DNA of 61,363 nucleotides, filler included, from Kipferlia bialata (lineage: Eukaryota): NCBI GenBank assembly GCA_003568945.1. It is 4 parts of 4 records of this genome, joined end to end, with 100 filler letters (N's around TTAATTAATTAA, not from the genome) between each part and the next. Parts side by side here need not be neighbours in the genome. Positions count along the whole stretch, not along the records: positions 1 to 22,233 come from BDIP01000300.1; 3 more parts are not named here. One strand, written 5' to 3'. The notes beneath the pieces are model-generated. The model was not told the origin of the DNA. It saw nothing but the letters and a program-made list of their open reading frames with translations, and did no database searches. A program made the translations under genes and the position numbers. Within the stretch, counting starts at the first letter, position 1, and each line of letters opens with the position of its first letter. Shown piece after piece: positions 1-15,400 of the stretch.

Positions 1-50
<50 letters not shown>

Positions 51-468
51 TAAGAGGAGCCTAAAGAGTAGATCTTAGATGACCTCCACTCGATTGAACC
101 TGAACCCTCAGTCTGACCATCATAGATTCACTGGATGTCTCTTTCTGTATGATGCACCTCCCCTTCTTTGTTCCCATTTTGAGGAAGCGTTGTTCCGTGC
201 TATGTGCATAGGTTCATGACTGAGTGTGATTGCTAGGGCACGGCCAGATGGCCAAGAGATACCTTCAATTCATTGTGAGAGATCCTCTTCCCTCACACAT
301 GGTATCTTGCCTGGTATGTTGACGTGATCACACCTGCGCACTGGGGCTCTCTCCCTTCTAGAGCTGGTTTCATATAGAGCTGCAGGGAGTGACCCAGCCA
401 CAGATACTGCTAGATCTTGGTGGATTGATTGGAGTCAGATACTCAGAGTCTGAGTGCTCTAGTGCTCT

Positions 469-3400
469 ATGCACAGGAGGTGGTCTAGCTCTCACCTCCC
501 CCTCAGACCCCAATATGGAGTCAAGGATGGGTGTGTGGATGGGGTGGAGTGTGGGGGAATAGGGAGAGAGGCCGGACAGAGCTCCAGGACACACCGTGCC
601 AGGGCACAGAGTGTGAGGGGTAGCAGGGCAGTGGACCTCAGGTATGGAGTGGATGTATATATGCTCCCAGGTGTGTTCTTAGACAGCATTGTATAGGAGA
701 CTCTGTATGCCAGGTGCTCACCCCCCCCCCCCCCCTTTTCAGTCCCCTGACTGTATGAACTCACATCTGATCCAATGGTTAATTCTCTCTCCCTGTCCCT
801 CACTGACCGTCCTCCCTCTCACCCCAGCCATGTGCGTCCCCTGTCGCCCCGTGCTCCTGTTGTCATGGGTAGACACGAGACTGTGTATAAGGGCAGGATA
901 CTGCCTTCTGTCCACGTGCCCAAGGTGAGACCCCCCTTCTCTCCTCTCCCCTCTTCTCTACATATGTTTAGTTCTCCAGAGGCCCTAGTGTCTCTCTCCT
1001 GTCTCACCCCAGTCTCTCCCTAGGTGCTCTTCTGCCAGACAGAGGAGTCAGAGTGCCTGTGGTGGGGACAGGGGTGTGTCCAGAGGCCCCCCCCGGTGTC
1101 AGACAACCTCTCTCAGTAGGGGGAGGGGGAGGGGTCGGCTCTCTGATCTGAGCGATGTCCCTGACGCCCCTGGGGTCGTGGTGGATGGGGTGTATAGGCC
1201 TAGGGGGTCAGGCCGGGCCAGGTCTGTGTCCAATACCCGTCTCAAGCTGCGGGTACCTACAAGGCTAGAACAGAGGGTTCGGGCCAACACCAACCAGCGT
1301 CCACCCCGCCCCTCCTACCCCTCCTCAGATGGGGCCGGGTGTATGGGTCTGAGGGGTGGCACTGGGGGCATGCTGGGTGTGCAGATAGACAGGGCAAGGG
1401 TGGTGCAGAGACTAGAGGTGGGGCCTGTGCAGGAGGGAGGCACATCATATGCCGGATGTGGAGTCTCTAGGGGCAGTGTCCGGGAGAGGATGGGGGCTGA
1501 CAGAGACGACTCTGGTGTATTCTCTCTCACTGCTGTGGCTGAAGGGGAGGGTGCCTTGGAGGAGACGGGTTCTGTCCTTGAGGTCTTGCCCCCCCGAAGA
1601 GACATTCCAGGAGTGCCAGGGCCCGTAGCACAATCAGTGGTAGATAACGGTATCAAGCTCCGTGATCCATACACCCCGATGGTTATCGACTGGGTGCGAG
1701 GGGCTAGTGAGAGAGAGCAAGAGAGGCAGCGCCGTGTCATGTGTGGATACACTAGACCTCCTCACACCCTGGACGATGGTGCAGCATGGGTACCAGTCAA
1801 GGTGCTAGAGGTGCTCTGGGTCACAGGTGGGGTATGCGTATATATACACTATATCCATGTATATGTCAAGACTTCGTGGTGTTGCATAAACTGTTTAAAC
1901 AGTTGCTTCACTCACTGTCAGGGAACTTGAGAGTGGTGTCTCTTGGAAGCTCCCTTGGGAAGACAGTCTCTGACGCTCAGTCATTTGTCATTCCAACGTC
2001 CTGTTTCATCCGTGCCAGCCCTGGAGACCTATATGTAGAGTTGTCTCTTGATGATGTCCCCTTCTATGACCAGTCTCCACGTGTGCCCGCTCCAGACACT
2101 GAGGTATCAGAGAGTCCTGGGTCTCCAGAGGTCCTAGATGTTGACATGGACCAGTGTTCAGAGTCAGACACTGGCCCTGACCTCATTCTGCAGGGTGTCA
2201 CGCTGGAGAGACTCCAGATGACCCAGGAGAGGCTGGCCCTCCACACCCCTGCTATCAGGCCTGAGATACTCCCTCCTCCTCCAGTCCCAGTGCCTATACA
2301 GCCGGCTAGGGTGGCGAGGTATGCCTCCATCGTGGCAGGGCGTGTAGCGTCGCTGGTCGGAGTACCTGTCAGTGACCTACCGGATGACTGTCTACAGGAG
2401 TTGATGCGGCCCTATGAGTCCCTAGACACTGCCTGCAACATACCCATTGTGTACCGACCCTCTGACAGTATAGAGTGCCGCATAGGTGTGAGAGAGTTCC
2501 AGAAGAGACGTACCTGGCTCAACGAGCAGATGCAGCTGGATCCACCCACTGTGACTGCCGTTCTCAGGTTCCAGCGGCTGCTCGACGTGGTATGTGACAC
2601 GATCGGCCTCATATCGGCTCAGGTATAGTGTTCTGGTCCTTGTATCATTGTTGCACAGGACAGTTGGATTGTTTGTCTCTGATTCCAGTCATTGTTCTGT
2701 GCCCCAGACACTCTGATGGCGTTGATTGATAGTGTCACGAGCCAGCTGGAGGGAAGGTGTCTCACCAGCATAGAGCTGCCCGAGAAGATAGAGCCAGAGT
2801 TGGTAGAGTACTCCAATGCCACGTCAGTGGACTGGCTGAACGGGAGGGTGACAGCACTCCTGGCTGTGGTGAGGGGCCGTGTGCAGGAGACCCTCTCTGA
2901 GTGTATGACTGGGTGGGTGCACCGGAACACAGAGGTGTCTCTGGTATCCCAGCAGACCCAGGCACTCAAGGCCATTGTGGATACAAAGACCAGGATTGGG
3001 GAGATCCAGGTATTGTGCTTTGTGCTACCCACTGTGTAGTGTAACCTACTCCTCTCATCTCAGACTGTGTCAGTTGGGAAGAGTGATGTGCGAGGCAGAG
3101 AGTTCGCCGCCCTTCTGCCCCAGGCCGGCAGGCTTCTGCGGATGTTGGATGTTATGGTGGGTCGGTCTAATCTACATATATTTCGAGAATATATATCAGT
3201 CACGTATCTTTCTGGTGCCTTGGCCTGTCAGTGACCTCAGGTCTGTGCCATGCTGAGTAGAGCTGTGGTCCGACCCTCTGCTTCTGTGAAGGAGTGGATG
3301 GCAAACAGTCCTGTCTCCACATTCTGCACTGACCCATTCAGTGTCATCCATGGACAGAGATTGCTATATCCTGTGGGTCAGCAACCCACTAGTTGGCAAG

Positions 3401-6400
3401 AAGTGCACTCGCTGAATCCCACTCCCCTCTCCTCACTCTTGCGACTGTGGCCCCATAGACAGGGGTCCCATGGGCCCGGAGACATACCACGGTACCCCAT
3501 ATGTGCATCTGTGGTATCTGTTCACAGGGTAGCCGGGCCAGGGTCGGTGGATCTGTGGGTACTCGATGAGGCATTGCCAGAGAGGAAGAGACCCCCCATG
3601 ACTGTGATGCGAACTCTCTCTGAGTGGCCATGCACTTACAACCCCGTTACAGACAGTGACTCACTCCGAAAGCACTTTGTCTACAGCGGCCTCAACACGC
3701 TGTCAGACACCGTTGAGACGACTGACCTCGCCCCTATGGCTACTGCTGTGTCCAAACTCCAGATGCTGCGAACTTATGTGGGTCATCTCTGTGGGTGTCA
3801 GCTCGGTGTGGGTGCGGAGCGGACACAAGAGTTGGTGGGATACAACGGCCGGGCTGCCGTATGCGCCAGTGTTTCTGTCACAGCTGCAGTGGGTACTAAG
3901 GTCAACCCTCAGCCACCCTTCGCTGTCCACACTGTAGACAGGGGGCAACATCTTTGCGAGATACCCACTCTCATCAATGAGGAATGGATTGTGATTGAGA
4001 AGTACCACTTTGAGGTGGAAAGGCTTCCCTTACACGCCCATATGGGTCTGATTGTAGTGCATCTGGACCAGGTGAAGACAGCTCTGAGGGATAGAGAGAG
4101 ACAGGCCATCCAGAGCCTGAGGATGCAGGACACACTCCTCCTCAAGACCATGGTGGAGTCCACACTAGGGGGGGCAGATGCATTAGTGGACTCATTGCAG
4201 AGACCCATTGTCGTGGTGGAGGACTGGCTGGCTCTTGGGGATCTGATTGCACAGACAAAGACTGCAACAACCCAGTGGGAAGAGACTATTGCGCTGATTG
4301 AGTCAGTGGTTGGTGTTGTGCTGTCCCACGGTACCTTCATCGATCTAGATACCCACCTCAAGACCGTGAGGCTCAAGGTCTTCCTCCGGAGCCTGCCGTC
4401 TCTGCTGATATCAGTAGCAGGAAAGAGAGAGATGGCGACTAAGAGGCAGGGTGATCAGATGCAGGCACTGGTGTGGTGGATGAACTCCCTTGTCACCTCT
4501 ATCAACTCTGCATTTGTGGGATCTCTGAGTCTTTGTGACACTACAATGCACAACATACAGACCAGGGGACCGGAGTACAAGCGGTATGAGGACTTCTCCT
4601 TCCTGCATAGAGCCACGGACTTTCCTCACTCTCTTCACATATATGAGCTCCTGAGACCGGTCGAGCCCTTTCTCAACCTAGTGGAGGAGAGAAGAGGAAG
4701 TGACGCATCGTTAGAGCCATTTGATCCGACTGAGTCTGCAAAGACTGTGTACCTGAGTTGTGTGGGAATGTTGCTGGCATTCCAGCGCAGTGTTGGACTC
4801 CCCATTATGCCAGGGGACGCCAAGTACAGACGCATGGCCAGAGATCTTGCGGATGATATGGAGGAGTACACTCATGTTAGCGAGTGTATCCCATACACCG
4901 CCTATGAGAGACCTCCTCTAGCTGAGCTTGACCTCCGTTACATCTTATCGGATCTACTTGACCTTTCGCAGAGAGCTTCTGATGGGTGTGATCTCTTGGC
5001 CTCTTGGTATGTGCGCCGGCAGGCCACGGGAGGGGAGTATGTACCCATTGTGAAGGCAGTAGGCAATGTGGAACTTCTCTACAGGTGCGTCCAGTTGAGT
5101 GTGGCATCCACTGAGACCGAGGTTCTCCTAAACGACACGTGTGTGGAACATGTGCCCATTGACACAGTACAGCAGCACGTAGAGGCTGTGCAGCAGTGTT
5201 TGGCTGATATGGACACTGCCAGGGCCAAGTGTGTCTCTGGCGGTAGGGAGACTGTGGATGGGGTCACTGAGGAGAACTATACGTTCGCAACCCGTCTCAG
5301 AGAACAACTAGACGCCTTGACTCCATCCGTTACCCTGCTGATGCTTCTGCGGACACCCAGCCTGCGATCAAGACACTTTACCGCCATATTTAGCCTGACA
5401 GGTACTCACACCCATCGTATATAGTAGCCAAATATATGTGCCATCGTTCCGTGTGTCTTCACCTCAGGTATCCCAGTGTGTGACTTGGATCAGACCACCA
5501 TTGGCGAGCTGTTGTCCAAGGTAAGCTGGGTGTCTTTGAGTATCCTGTCCTATGACGATACAGTTAACGTTAGGGAGGCCGCGACCTGGATCACGTTGAT
5601 GTGATCAGACAGGTGGTTGAGAAGTCAGAAACGGAGGCTGCGGTTGAGAACACTATCACAGAGATGAATAAGGTATGTGTCATTGTTGTTCCGGTCAGTC
5701 AGTTACCGTAAGTACAGCATACTTACCTCAGCGACTCAGTGGGTTCCGTCTTGTGGTCGACGCCAGTCCTAATCTGTTCAAGGGGGTTGAGATTCCGTCC
5801 GACTTCTTTTCTTCCCTTCGTTGCATCTATTTGTACCTTCAGAGAGAAGTAGCAGACCGGTATCCATCAGAGATTCAATCAAAGGCTAGGTACCCTGCTG
5901 TTATTATAGACTTATCACGCTGTCACTACTGCCTGACTATAGGAAGCTGGAAGCTCGGGTACTATGGTGCCTCCATGGAACCAGCCTCATACGCTACACG
6001 ATGCAGTACCTAAGTATTGGACGTCACCTTATAGCAGACACCCATGTTACCTTCACTCAACTGCTTGATCGGTGGTACCAGGTACGGTATTCTCAGAAAC
6101 TCTTTTGATCAGTTTGATATGTGATCCACATTCAAGTACTTGCTCATTGTAGCTCCGTCGCAGTTGGGTTCCAGGGTCCAAGTCTGGGAGTGCTCGTGTA
6201 GTTGATGTCTGTGGAGATATGGGACTCCCAGAGTGCCTTCAGAGTGTCCTGCTCCGCCTTGTACCCCTCGTTAGACTCTTTAGCCGTACTAGTGGTGTCT
6301 CTACCCCAGCAAGAGGAAGGCCGTCAAGGCAGAAGAAGCCAAGGTACTTTGCGTGACCCCACTTCATCTATAAGGAACACTAACCAGCCAGGCTATGTAT

Positions 6401-9400
6401 GCTCGAGACCCATGTCCCACGGCCCCTCTCAGCCTCTCATGCACCAGAAGCCTCCACAGCACCTCTCTTCAATGGGGTTCGAGAGGGTGAGAGGTTGATT
6501 AGGGTGCCTTCATCAATCACCTTCAACGTTGATGCACTTGTTGTGAAGTCACGACCCCCAGCCTCTGCTAGTGACGGTGACACCTCTTCGGTATCCATCA
6601 TGGCGGTTGTGTCAGGATATGTCCACGGGGATTGGCGGACAGAGACCCTTCGGCTGCTGCATCCTGTTCCCCTTCCCAATATGGTGGGGCTGTTGCCCAA
6701 CCTGCTGAGAGAACCCATTCAACTGGCTCTGAAGCAGGGGGTGGAGAGTGCCATCAGGCAGTTGACAGACAACAGGATGGAGCTCTTCCGAGAGTCTCCA
6801 TTCCATGTCCAATTCCTGGCGTTGTCATACTTCATACCCCACCAGATCAAAGAGACATTCATGGAAAAGAAGGGGCCGGAGAAGCTGCCTGCGAGGGTCA
6901 AGGCTCTCTGTATCCAGTTTGCGATTCCACAAGCTACTGCTTCCCCCAATCCCAAGATGGTGCTTGTTTGCCATCTCGCCCGGAGTCTCATTCGACAGCT
7001 AGTGCCAAAGGCGACGGGGCCGCTCAACACAGAGACCCTTCTCTCTCCGTTGCATATCTCTCGAGTCAAGTTTCAGAGAGATGGGGACCTCTGTGTGTCA
7101 GCACTCGGAGCTCAGGTGCGAAGAGTCAACTTCGACTGGCCTGGCTGCCTGCATGGAATAGAACTGGCCTGTTTGCAGCAAGGTCCACCGGGGCGTCCTG
7201 GTATAGCAGAGAGAGGTGACATGGCCCCTCCCAGACTTCCAATGGTGTCTGTAGTTCCAAAGGCGCCTGCATTGGGGTCTGGTGCGTGTGCCTTGCCTCC
7301 TCTTGTAGCATCTGCCACGAGTGTCCCTTTTGCTGAACCACCAGATGAGTCGTCTTCCACGGCCTGTGATGTAAACACTCTATCTGCACTGCTGTCAGAG
7401 GGACTGAGTGTAGGTATGTGTTACTCATCAGGCAGCCCTGCTTTTGCGATGGCCCCTCTTCTCTACCAGTTGTCCCGAGTCTTCTCTATGACCATTGTCA
7501 TGGTATCACACAACCCCGGTGAGCCTGTGAGTCATTTTGCCCATCGTCTGTCTACTGCCATTGCAGACGGACATATAGTGACACTGCTAGGTTATGAGAG
7601 GCTCTCACATGATGCCGCTGCTATGGTACATGCCATTGCGTGTTCCTTGAAGACAGGCGGGGAGTTGCCGTATACCGAGAGCGCCTCTTTGATGTTTGGT
7701 GGAGTATGCTCAGAGACTGGTTTGGTGAAGAGAGGTATGGCGTGTATGTGTGGTCAATAGTTGAGTCAGGCGACTCTCACCCCAGGAGCAGACACAAGTA
7801 AGACGGGGACTAGAGTGGGTTTCCTTCTCATGTTTCTACCTGTTCTATCCGGAGGGGATTCGACTATACCAGCCGATCTACCAGATCACCCGTTTAGGTA
7901 CACGGACATGCGAATGCCTGAAGCCGGGCACTACCCAGGGGGATTCATAGACAAGTGCAGTGAGCTAAACACGTTGTTAAGACCCACTGGTATGCAACTA
8001 GCGCCGGCAGACTTGAACCGAGCTCTTGACCTAGGACTTGAGGGAGACGGGGAAGCCCAAGCAGTATTCCGGTATGAGATGCGAGTATATATGTGACATC
8101 TCTTTCAGAACTTGTTTCCATATCCTATACTGACTGACCAGGTACCTCTCTGTGTCAGCTCCACCTGCCGCCGAGGAGGGGCTGAGGGTGGCTGTGTCCA
8201 CGAGCATGAGTGGGGCAGTCATTGGGGACCCCCACACAGAGACTGATACCATTCTGACCAGCAGTGGAGTGTATGCCTCTAGATGGTTGGCCCATATAGT
8301 ATCCGCACCTGAGGTTACGTCAGTGACTGTTGAGACTCCTATGGTCTCAGGGGCCTTAGTGCTGATTGTTAGTGCTCTCAAAGCCGCTGGTATTCCATTT
8401 GTTCTGATGAACCACCCCATCAAGGTACAAGGACATTCATAACTGTCTGATCTACGTCGATACACTGTCATAAAGGCATTCTTATCCCAGGTCATGTCGT
8501 ATATGGACAAGATGGGAAGCAGTCGAGAATCAGGGACACCACCAAGCCGCTTGCCTGTGTTTGTGGTTGACATGAATGCTGATCCGGAAGGTGGGGCTGT
8601 ACATGTTTTGTAGAGAGCTATTGTATTATACTTTTACACTGACCTTCAGGAGAAGCTCAAAGTACCATGTCTGATACATATATGTGCTCCAACTTCAACA
8701 AGCTTCCGCCCGAAGCACCAAAGTTCATCAGAGTGGTGAGGTCTGCTAGGGACATGTGTGTTGGGTCTGACACACCTCCCCTCATCTTCAACCCGGCATG
8801 GCTCTCTCATCAGAGCCTGTGCTCCCAGATTCTCACAGGGCTATTGGGCGTGTCTCCTAGTACTACGAGTTCCGACATGGTATGTATCTAGTGAGGTTCA
8901 GACAGCGGTCTTCTCTAAGAGTCACACTAACTCCAGTGCAGTGTGTTTGCTGGTTCCCTGATCCGGTTTTCGCAATTGGTTGTCACTCGTACTAGTGTTC
9001 AGTATCTGCGTCTCGCCATGGGTATAATTGCGTGGCAGCTACTCGAAATGGGACTGATGACACTTACACCCGTCTCAGCATCTGACCATTGCGTGGGGTT
9101 AGACGGACCTGCTGTGAAGGAGTTTTGGGGGTACGACCAAGTGGGAGAGTCACAGGGTTCTACTGTCTTCCATAACGTTGGTGTCTCCGTTAGACTCTCT
9201 CTAGGCAGCGAAGAAGTGAACGCATTAGGTGGCTGTTTCCATGTGTTCTTCACGGCCTTTGCTATTGTGTACACTGCATTCTCTCTAGCTGCTGCAGTGC
9301 AGGGACACGATACTGATGGTATGTACTACCACATGAGAAGGGGAGTACTTCGGCCAAGGTCCTTGGATGTTATGGCCAAGAGCCATCCAGAGATGGCCAA

Positions 9401-12400
9401 TAGAGTCCACTTGAAGGCAGTATTCCCAAAGAACCTCAAGCCAAGACCCTTCCAGCCCCTTCGATACAGTTCCTTTCGCATGGCCCTGGAGATGTATCAT
9501 ATGCGGACGCCCAATTCTGAGTCTGAACAGTCACGTCCCAGGTGGTCTTTCCATCATTGTATAATAGTATCATAAGCAGAAAGCAATTTCATGTCTCACC
9601 CAGGTGGTTCCAACGGACTGTGTACACTGATCCATTTCTGGGCATGGCACATGCGCTCTCCACATGTATGTTGTTCGCCTTTTCAGCAGCTGTGAACAGC
9701 GACACAGTCTGTGGCAAGTCGTTGCTTATCGATGCTGCCGAGAGGCTTCTCCCACATTGTGCTAGAGTGGTTAGGGAAACAATCGTAGAGTGCCCGTTAA
9801 AGCCGGCAATGACATGCTTACAGTCTGAGTTGTGCCTCAATGGAAGAGGAGTCATGGTGCCAAAGCGGTCGAGTGTTCTCACCCTGGCTCTTGACTGCGT
9901 CTCTACCCACTCGGAGTTCTTGACAGGCAGCATGCTCCTCCAGCTACTAATTGCTAGGGTCGGCACGACACCGAGGGTACAAGATGACCCCTCGGGTCTC
10001 TCTGGGTATCAGGTATGGTGGCTGGTTACATACGCATCATGGAGTTGAAGCAGTTGCACATATACAGTCTCCTGACACAGGCTGAGGTGTCCATTGACAC
10101 TGAACAGGACGACCACTTTGCAGCAGATAGAGAGCTTGTAGATATGCATGGTGTCTCTGTCATACTGGAGACACACTTGAGCAGTGAGGTGGGGTATTGA
10201 TAACACACACATCGTATGGACCGCAACTCTTACCTCAGCATCTGGGATCCCTCCCCCACATGTGCTTGGTGTTCGATGCCTCTCTCTTATGTGGCAGTGA
10301 GTGTGTGGATGCCCTGTTGGAGGGGGCTGACTGGGATCCAGAAGCGTCTGACCGTTTGAGGTACAGGACAGGCAAGGTATGGGAGTGCTGTGCTTATATT
10401 TCCGCTACGCGTCTCATAGTCTACCTCGTACTCATTCTCAGGCGTTCACTGTTTGCTGCAAGGAGTACCACGTGTCCCCTTTCACTCTTCTTCACAATCT
10501 TCGGCAGCTTGAGTTGGTGTCGTCCCCAGCAAACCAGTCTCTCAAGTACATTTGTCCTAGGACCATCATAGACGCAGCACTCAGATCATGTTCAAGCTCA
10601 CCAGCGTCTTATCCACTCGTCGCATCAAGTGATCAGAAGGTATGCCTTGAGTTGTGTTCTTCTAAGTCCAGCTGAAATGCTCACATATGATTCCTTTCTA
10701 ACCGTCAGTTTTTGCAAGAGCTCCAGGTGGTACTGGGAGAGTCGCTGATGGAGTCTATTGAATACCTTCAAGGTGGGGTGACGGCCCCGGAATCTGCTGA
10801 ATGGAAGTCTCTTCTAAAAAGCATCCTGAGCCGAGGCATGCCATCACTGCAGAGTGGGAATTTGAGGTATCGGTAATGTATATTGTAGAAGAAATAGTAA
10901 TGTATGACCATCTCCTGCATGTGCAGATGCATAAAGATAGGTATCAGTATACCTTCTGAATCATTAAAATATCTTATCCACAGTCCTATTCTGCTTTCGA
11001 GATATCCAATGGAAGATGTCCTCAGTAGGTTAGCCGCACTTCCCGCCTGGACCGCTTCATACACTGTCCTGTCCATTCTTAAGGTGGGTCATGTCTTCCA
11101 GGATGCGAGTTTATGATTGACCCTCTCATCCCAGGTAGAGCAGTGGAGCATGTCGAATAACTTGAAGGCCGCCACTTGCGACGACGTTATCAATAGTGTT
11201 GGAGAGGTGCCTGGAGCAGAGGCTCAATGTCGAGTACCGGCCGTGCAGCTTCAGTACCGAGACGCAGATCAGTACCTAGTACCTGCAGCTTTCCGTGCAC
11301 TCACTACCGCTCTTCAGTTCTCAGTGACCTTGCAGGATCTCGCAGATAGCTCCTTTAAAGCCTACCAGTTCAAGGCAACTCGGAACGCATTTCAAGTGCT
11401 TGCTGGACAGGGCTTCACAGATGGAGAACCGTCTGATCTACTGTCAGACACGAGTTCTTCTTCCACCATGTCTCCAGAGAGGTCTCAGTACTCCCTATTC
11501 GAGTCTCCTGCCGGTACAAGATTCGGTACCATATCACGGAGGAGTAGTAGTACAGCGCCACTGGATCAAGGCCACACATCGTATCTACCCAGGCTGCTGG
11601 TTGACCTTCAGGTAGACATTTAGATCCCAATCCTTTCTATTCGTGTGTCTGTTCATATCAGGTTCTGAAGGCAGGCCACCTTGGTGTTCCAGAGGCTCAC
11701 AACACTCCCTTACAGTCCTCAGTCTGGGATATCATGTGAGTACCCAGTGTATTAGTTTAGTGCCTGAGCATATATAGACATTCTCTCAATCGAGATCTTG
11801 GAAATGATTCTTTGTCATCTCTGATTCCCAGGCAGCTAGATCAAGGAGAACGAGCTGCCTCACTGTGTCGCCTAGCAATCCTGCTGGCTCTCGGTCTGCC
11901 CCCTGCTCTTGCTGTCCCACAGGTCGACAAGGTGGCTCCACCAGGGACTCCGATAGAGAGTTGTGTGGCTCCTTATGCAGTGTCTCCAGAAGGTACCGGG
12001 TAACTAGATATACAGCCTGTTGCATTAATTCTCTACCTGACTCTGAGGCCTGGTGTGCAGTCCCATATGCAGCAAGTACCAGGGTGACCCAGGCACATCT
12101 CACTTCTCCAGAGTGCTGCTACACATACCAGGTAACTTATTGCTGGTTGGTGATTGTTACTGTATTTGCCTTTTGAGATCACCGACTAGTGTCTAACCTC
12201 CCAGGACAAATGATGGAGGAGTACCCCACTATGAGGTTGGTGTTTCTCTCATTTCGCAGGGGAGCGTTTCCCTCTTGTCTGTTCAGCCCTGGGCACATGG
12301 GTCAGTTGCTGCAGGTGTTAGGAGAACGCTATGTAATGCCACATCCTAGTGTTAGGTCCTTGCTTGATAGCCTGGCCCAGAGACTGGTAGTGTGTTGCTC

Positions 12401-15400
12401 AGGGACTGCGTCTAGTGGAGTATTCCTGGGAGGTAATTCAATTCTCTATGGCTTTTGTTGAGACTACAATACAGTAGCTAAACCTGAGAGCTGACAGTAC
12501 GATGTTCTCATTACCTTCTACTTCTGTGTCGAGGGCGGCTCTCAGTAGGCCTTTAACGCCAGGAAGTAGCGTGTGCTGCTGTCCAAGGGAATCAGAGCTG
12601 GTGATGGCTGGGCTCTCGCAGCTGCAAGTTGAGACATACTCTCGAAGGTATCCTGTGTATCTTGCTCCTTCACGGTGTTGCTTGCCTGGATTTAGAGTTC
12701 CTAACAGTAAGGTACCTGCAAGAGTGGCCTCATGGTCTTGGAGACAACAGAGAAGCCATGATTAGGGGCGTTTGTAGCAGTTTTAAGGACATGTGTAGAA
12801 CAAGACCTAGACTTGGCGGAAAGAGAGACCAACACTTCAAGGTACTACTACATTGTGTTTCTCTCATGCTACTGATCTCATCTCAGATGTGTGTGTCACT
12901 CACGCTTGCTGCGTATCGGGCTAGCCAACAATGTGTGAGTGTAAGGAAGCAGATAGCCAGCGACTGTGGCAAGTGGTTTGGTCTCTTTGCAGCCAGCGAC
13001 CAGCAAGATAGTTGTGATCGAATTGCGATGCTCCAAACGATGACTGCAAACAACGTCTTGACAAGCAGTATTGTTGATGAGAGCATTGAGTCATTGTCGC
13101 TTGGAACTCTAGTTGCTACCCTGTGTCAAGCACCTGGATCTACAGACCAGGACATCTTGGACCAGGCCGCCTCGCACATACCTATATTGGGGGAAACAGA
13201 GGTGATTCTGGATTGTGAGGACCCACAACACAACCCAAGCTCAGCCAATGCGCTGGCGGCTTCGTTGCTCTCCATTGCATGTGGTGCTGTGAGTGTGAGT
13301 AGCCACCCCATCAGACCCTTCCTGTGGATGTACTTGTCGCTGATCCCACCTGTTGGGCGCTTGATGCGTGCCGCTGTGTCGGCCTGTGTGTACCATTCTC
13401 TGGTGCCTGAGTCCATCATAGCATTCCCAGGGGAGGGTGGGTTTGCCTTGGCCCAGTGGCACATGTTGTGGCTTGGAGGACATCTAGATGGTCTGTCCCT
13501 GATGGAGTCTCGCAAGACAACACAGAGGGAGGTTGGGGTTGCCAAGAGGTCTTTGAATCTGGTTGAGGTTAACATTGACAAGGGGTTAGAGCACACCCAA
13601 GCCGTCTTAGTAAAGGCACTTGAGGGTCCCAATGCATTATGCTTCACCCTCTCAAGGGCCCACCTATGGGAGTCTAATGGTGGGGCTGTGCGGGAAGTTC
13701 TTTCTCTCTACCAAGGCAAAGCAACTAGGACTGGGCAGATACTTCAGTTTGGAGTGGATAATGTCGTTCGGCTCAAGATCCCACTACACAAGCGGCGGTT
13801 CTATATCTGCTTTCCAGACGGGGTAGAAATTGGGGAGTCCTCCGTCATGTCAAGCTCTCTTGTGTGTGATTGTGTGTCTCCTCTAGAGGACTCTCACACA
13901 CTGCGCCTACTTGGTCTCATAGAGGCCTCAGTGTCAGATGGAGATGGACCCATATGCCGGGCTGCATACCTGGAGAACCAGTACCACACTGCACTACAGC
14001 AGGCACAGACCACACTCTCCCTGGTACAGAATGCACTTGGTGCGCTGAAGGAGGGTGATAGTGCAGAGGGGCTGGCTAGTATGGGAGCGTCGCTTGTAGC
14101 CTTGGACAACACGACCAGAGAATGCCTGACAGAGATGATTGGGATGTTCGGAGAGGGAAACTCCTGCATATCATCTCTGGTTGGTCAGCTCAACATTCAG
14201 CTGGGGGCACTGGTATCCTCCACTCAATTCTTCCGGTCACCTCAGATCAGGAGGTTGAAGAATGTTGACGTGGTGTTCTCCCATCTTGGCAGTGCTATAG
14301 CAACTGCATTGGAGGGATCCGTAGACGAATGGGAGTCTGTGTTAGATCCAACACGGTTACTGAGACAGACGATTCTCCATGTACTCTCTGAACTGCTTGA
14401 GTCCAACACTGCAGTGGAGGAGTACTCTGCATTCCTTGTACTCAGTGGGGTGCTGGATCTCACCATATCTGGACAGATATCTCGCCGGTCAGCCAAGGCA
14501 TTGATGGCGATAAGCGGAGGTCGCTTTGACGTCCTTTCCCATCTGGCTGAAGGTCTTAAGCTAGACACTCTTCACAGCCTGTGGGATGCCACAATTGCCG
14601 AAGTCTGTAAGAGAGCCGACTACCTCTTGGAGCCCTTAACCCGTTGCCTAGAATTGGAGGCCGCCACTGACCATCTGGACGGTCTCTGCGCAGGCATATT
14701 TGGAGTTGACAACATGCTGGCGTTTGCCATCAAAATATCATCAGACGCCGACAGTGGTGTTGCTGTGCTCTCGGCATTGGTAGGCAAGTCACAAATCAGA
14801 CCACTGGTCTTTGGCGATAGAGATATCACGACCAATATGTACCTACCAGCCAAGGTTCTTGGCTCGTGCATCACCGACCTCGCTGTACTTAACCACTTCG
14901 TAGTTGTCGCTTGCCTCAATCCCTCTGCGGCAACAATGGCCAGTGGGTCCTATATGCTGGCCAGGTATGATTAATAGACTACCAGTAACATTCTCCCCCT
15001 TGTGTGTATAGTCTCCATGATACTTACACCAGTCCCACTGGCACTGTTGGGATTCAGTTGATGTTGGACAAGCAACGCAATGACGCAGCTGTCGCCACCA
15101 GGAGACGTGCTGCTGGTATCACAGGAGACGTTGCCGCGCTCCAGTCAGCTATCTCCAAACTCAAGGTCACTGAGGGTGTGGGCGTAGTCGTATATCCCCA
15201 GAACACTGATGTACTCCATGTAGCACAGCAGGCATTTGAACAGAGTGGAGATATGCCAAGGTGGAGCGACGGGAGTCATATGACTGGTGCAGGTGGCACA
15301 GCTCCCGTCCAGCTGATTCCCCTATCTCTCCTGGAGAACCATTCTCCCCAAGATGCCCTGGCCCGTATCCAAGGAAATGGCATTGTTCTTGTTCCATATA

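Noticed and set aside
1..48. Long G/C homopolymers (also 17911-17970, 22334-22381, 44671-44701) and the poly-Pro/Gly ORFs they produce
   Set aside because: Mostly at contig ends with unreliable length; the ORFs are low-complexity artefacts.
49..460. Possible retroelement fragment at the contig start
   Set aside because: No sustained ORF or recognisable RT, integrase or terminal-repeat motif.
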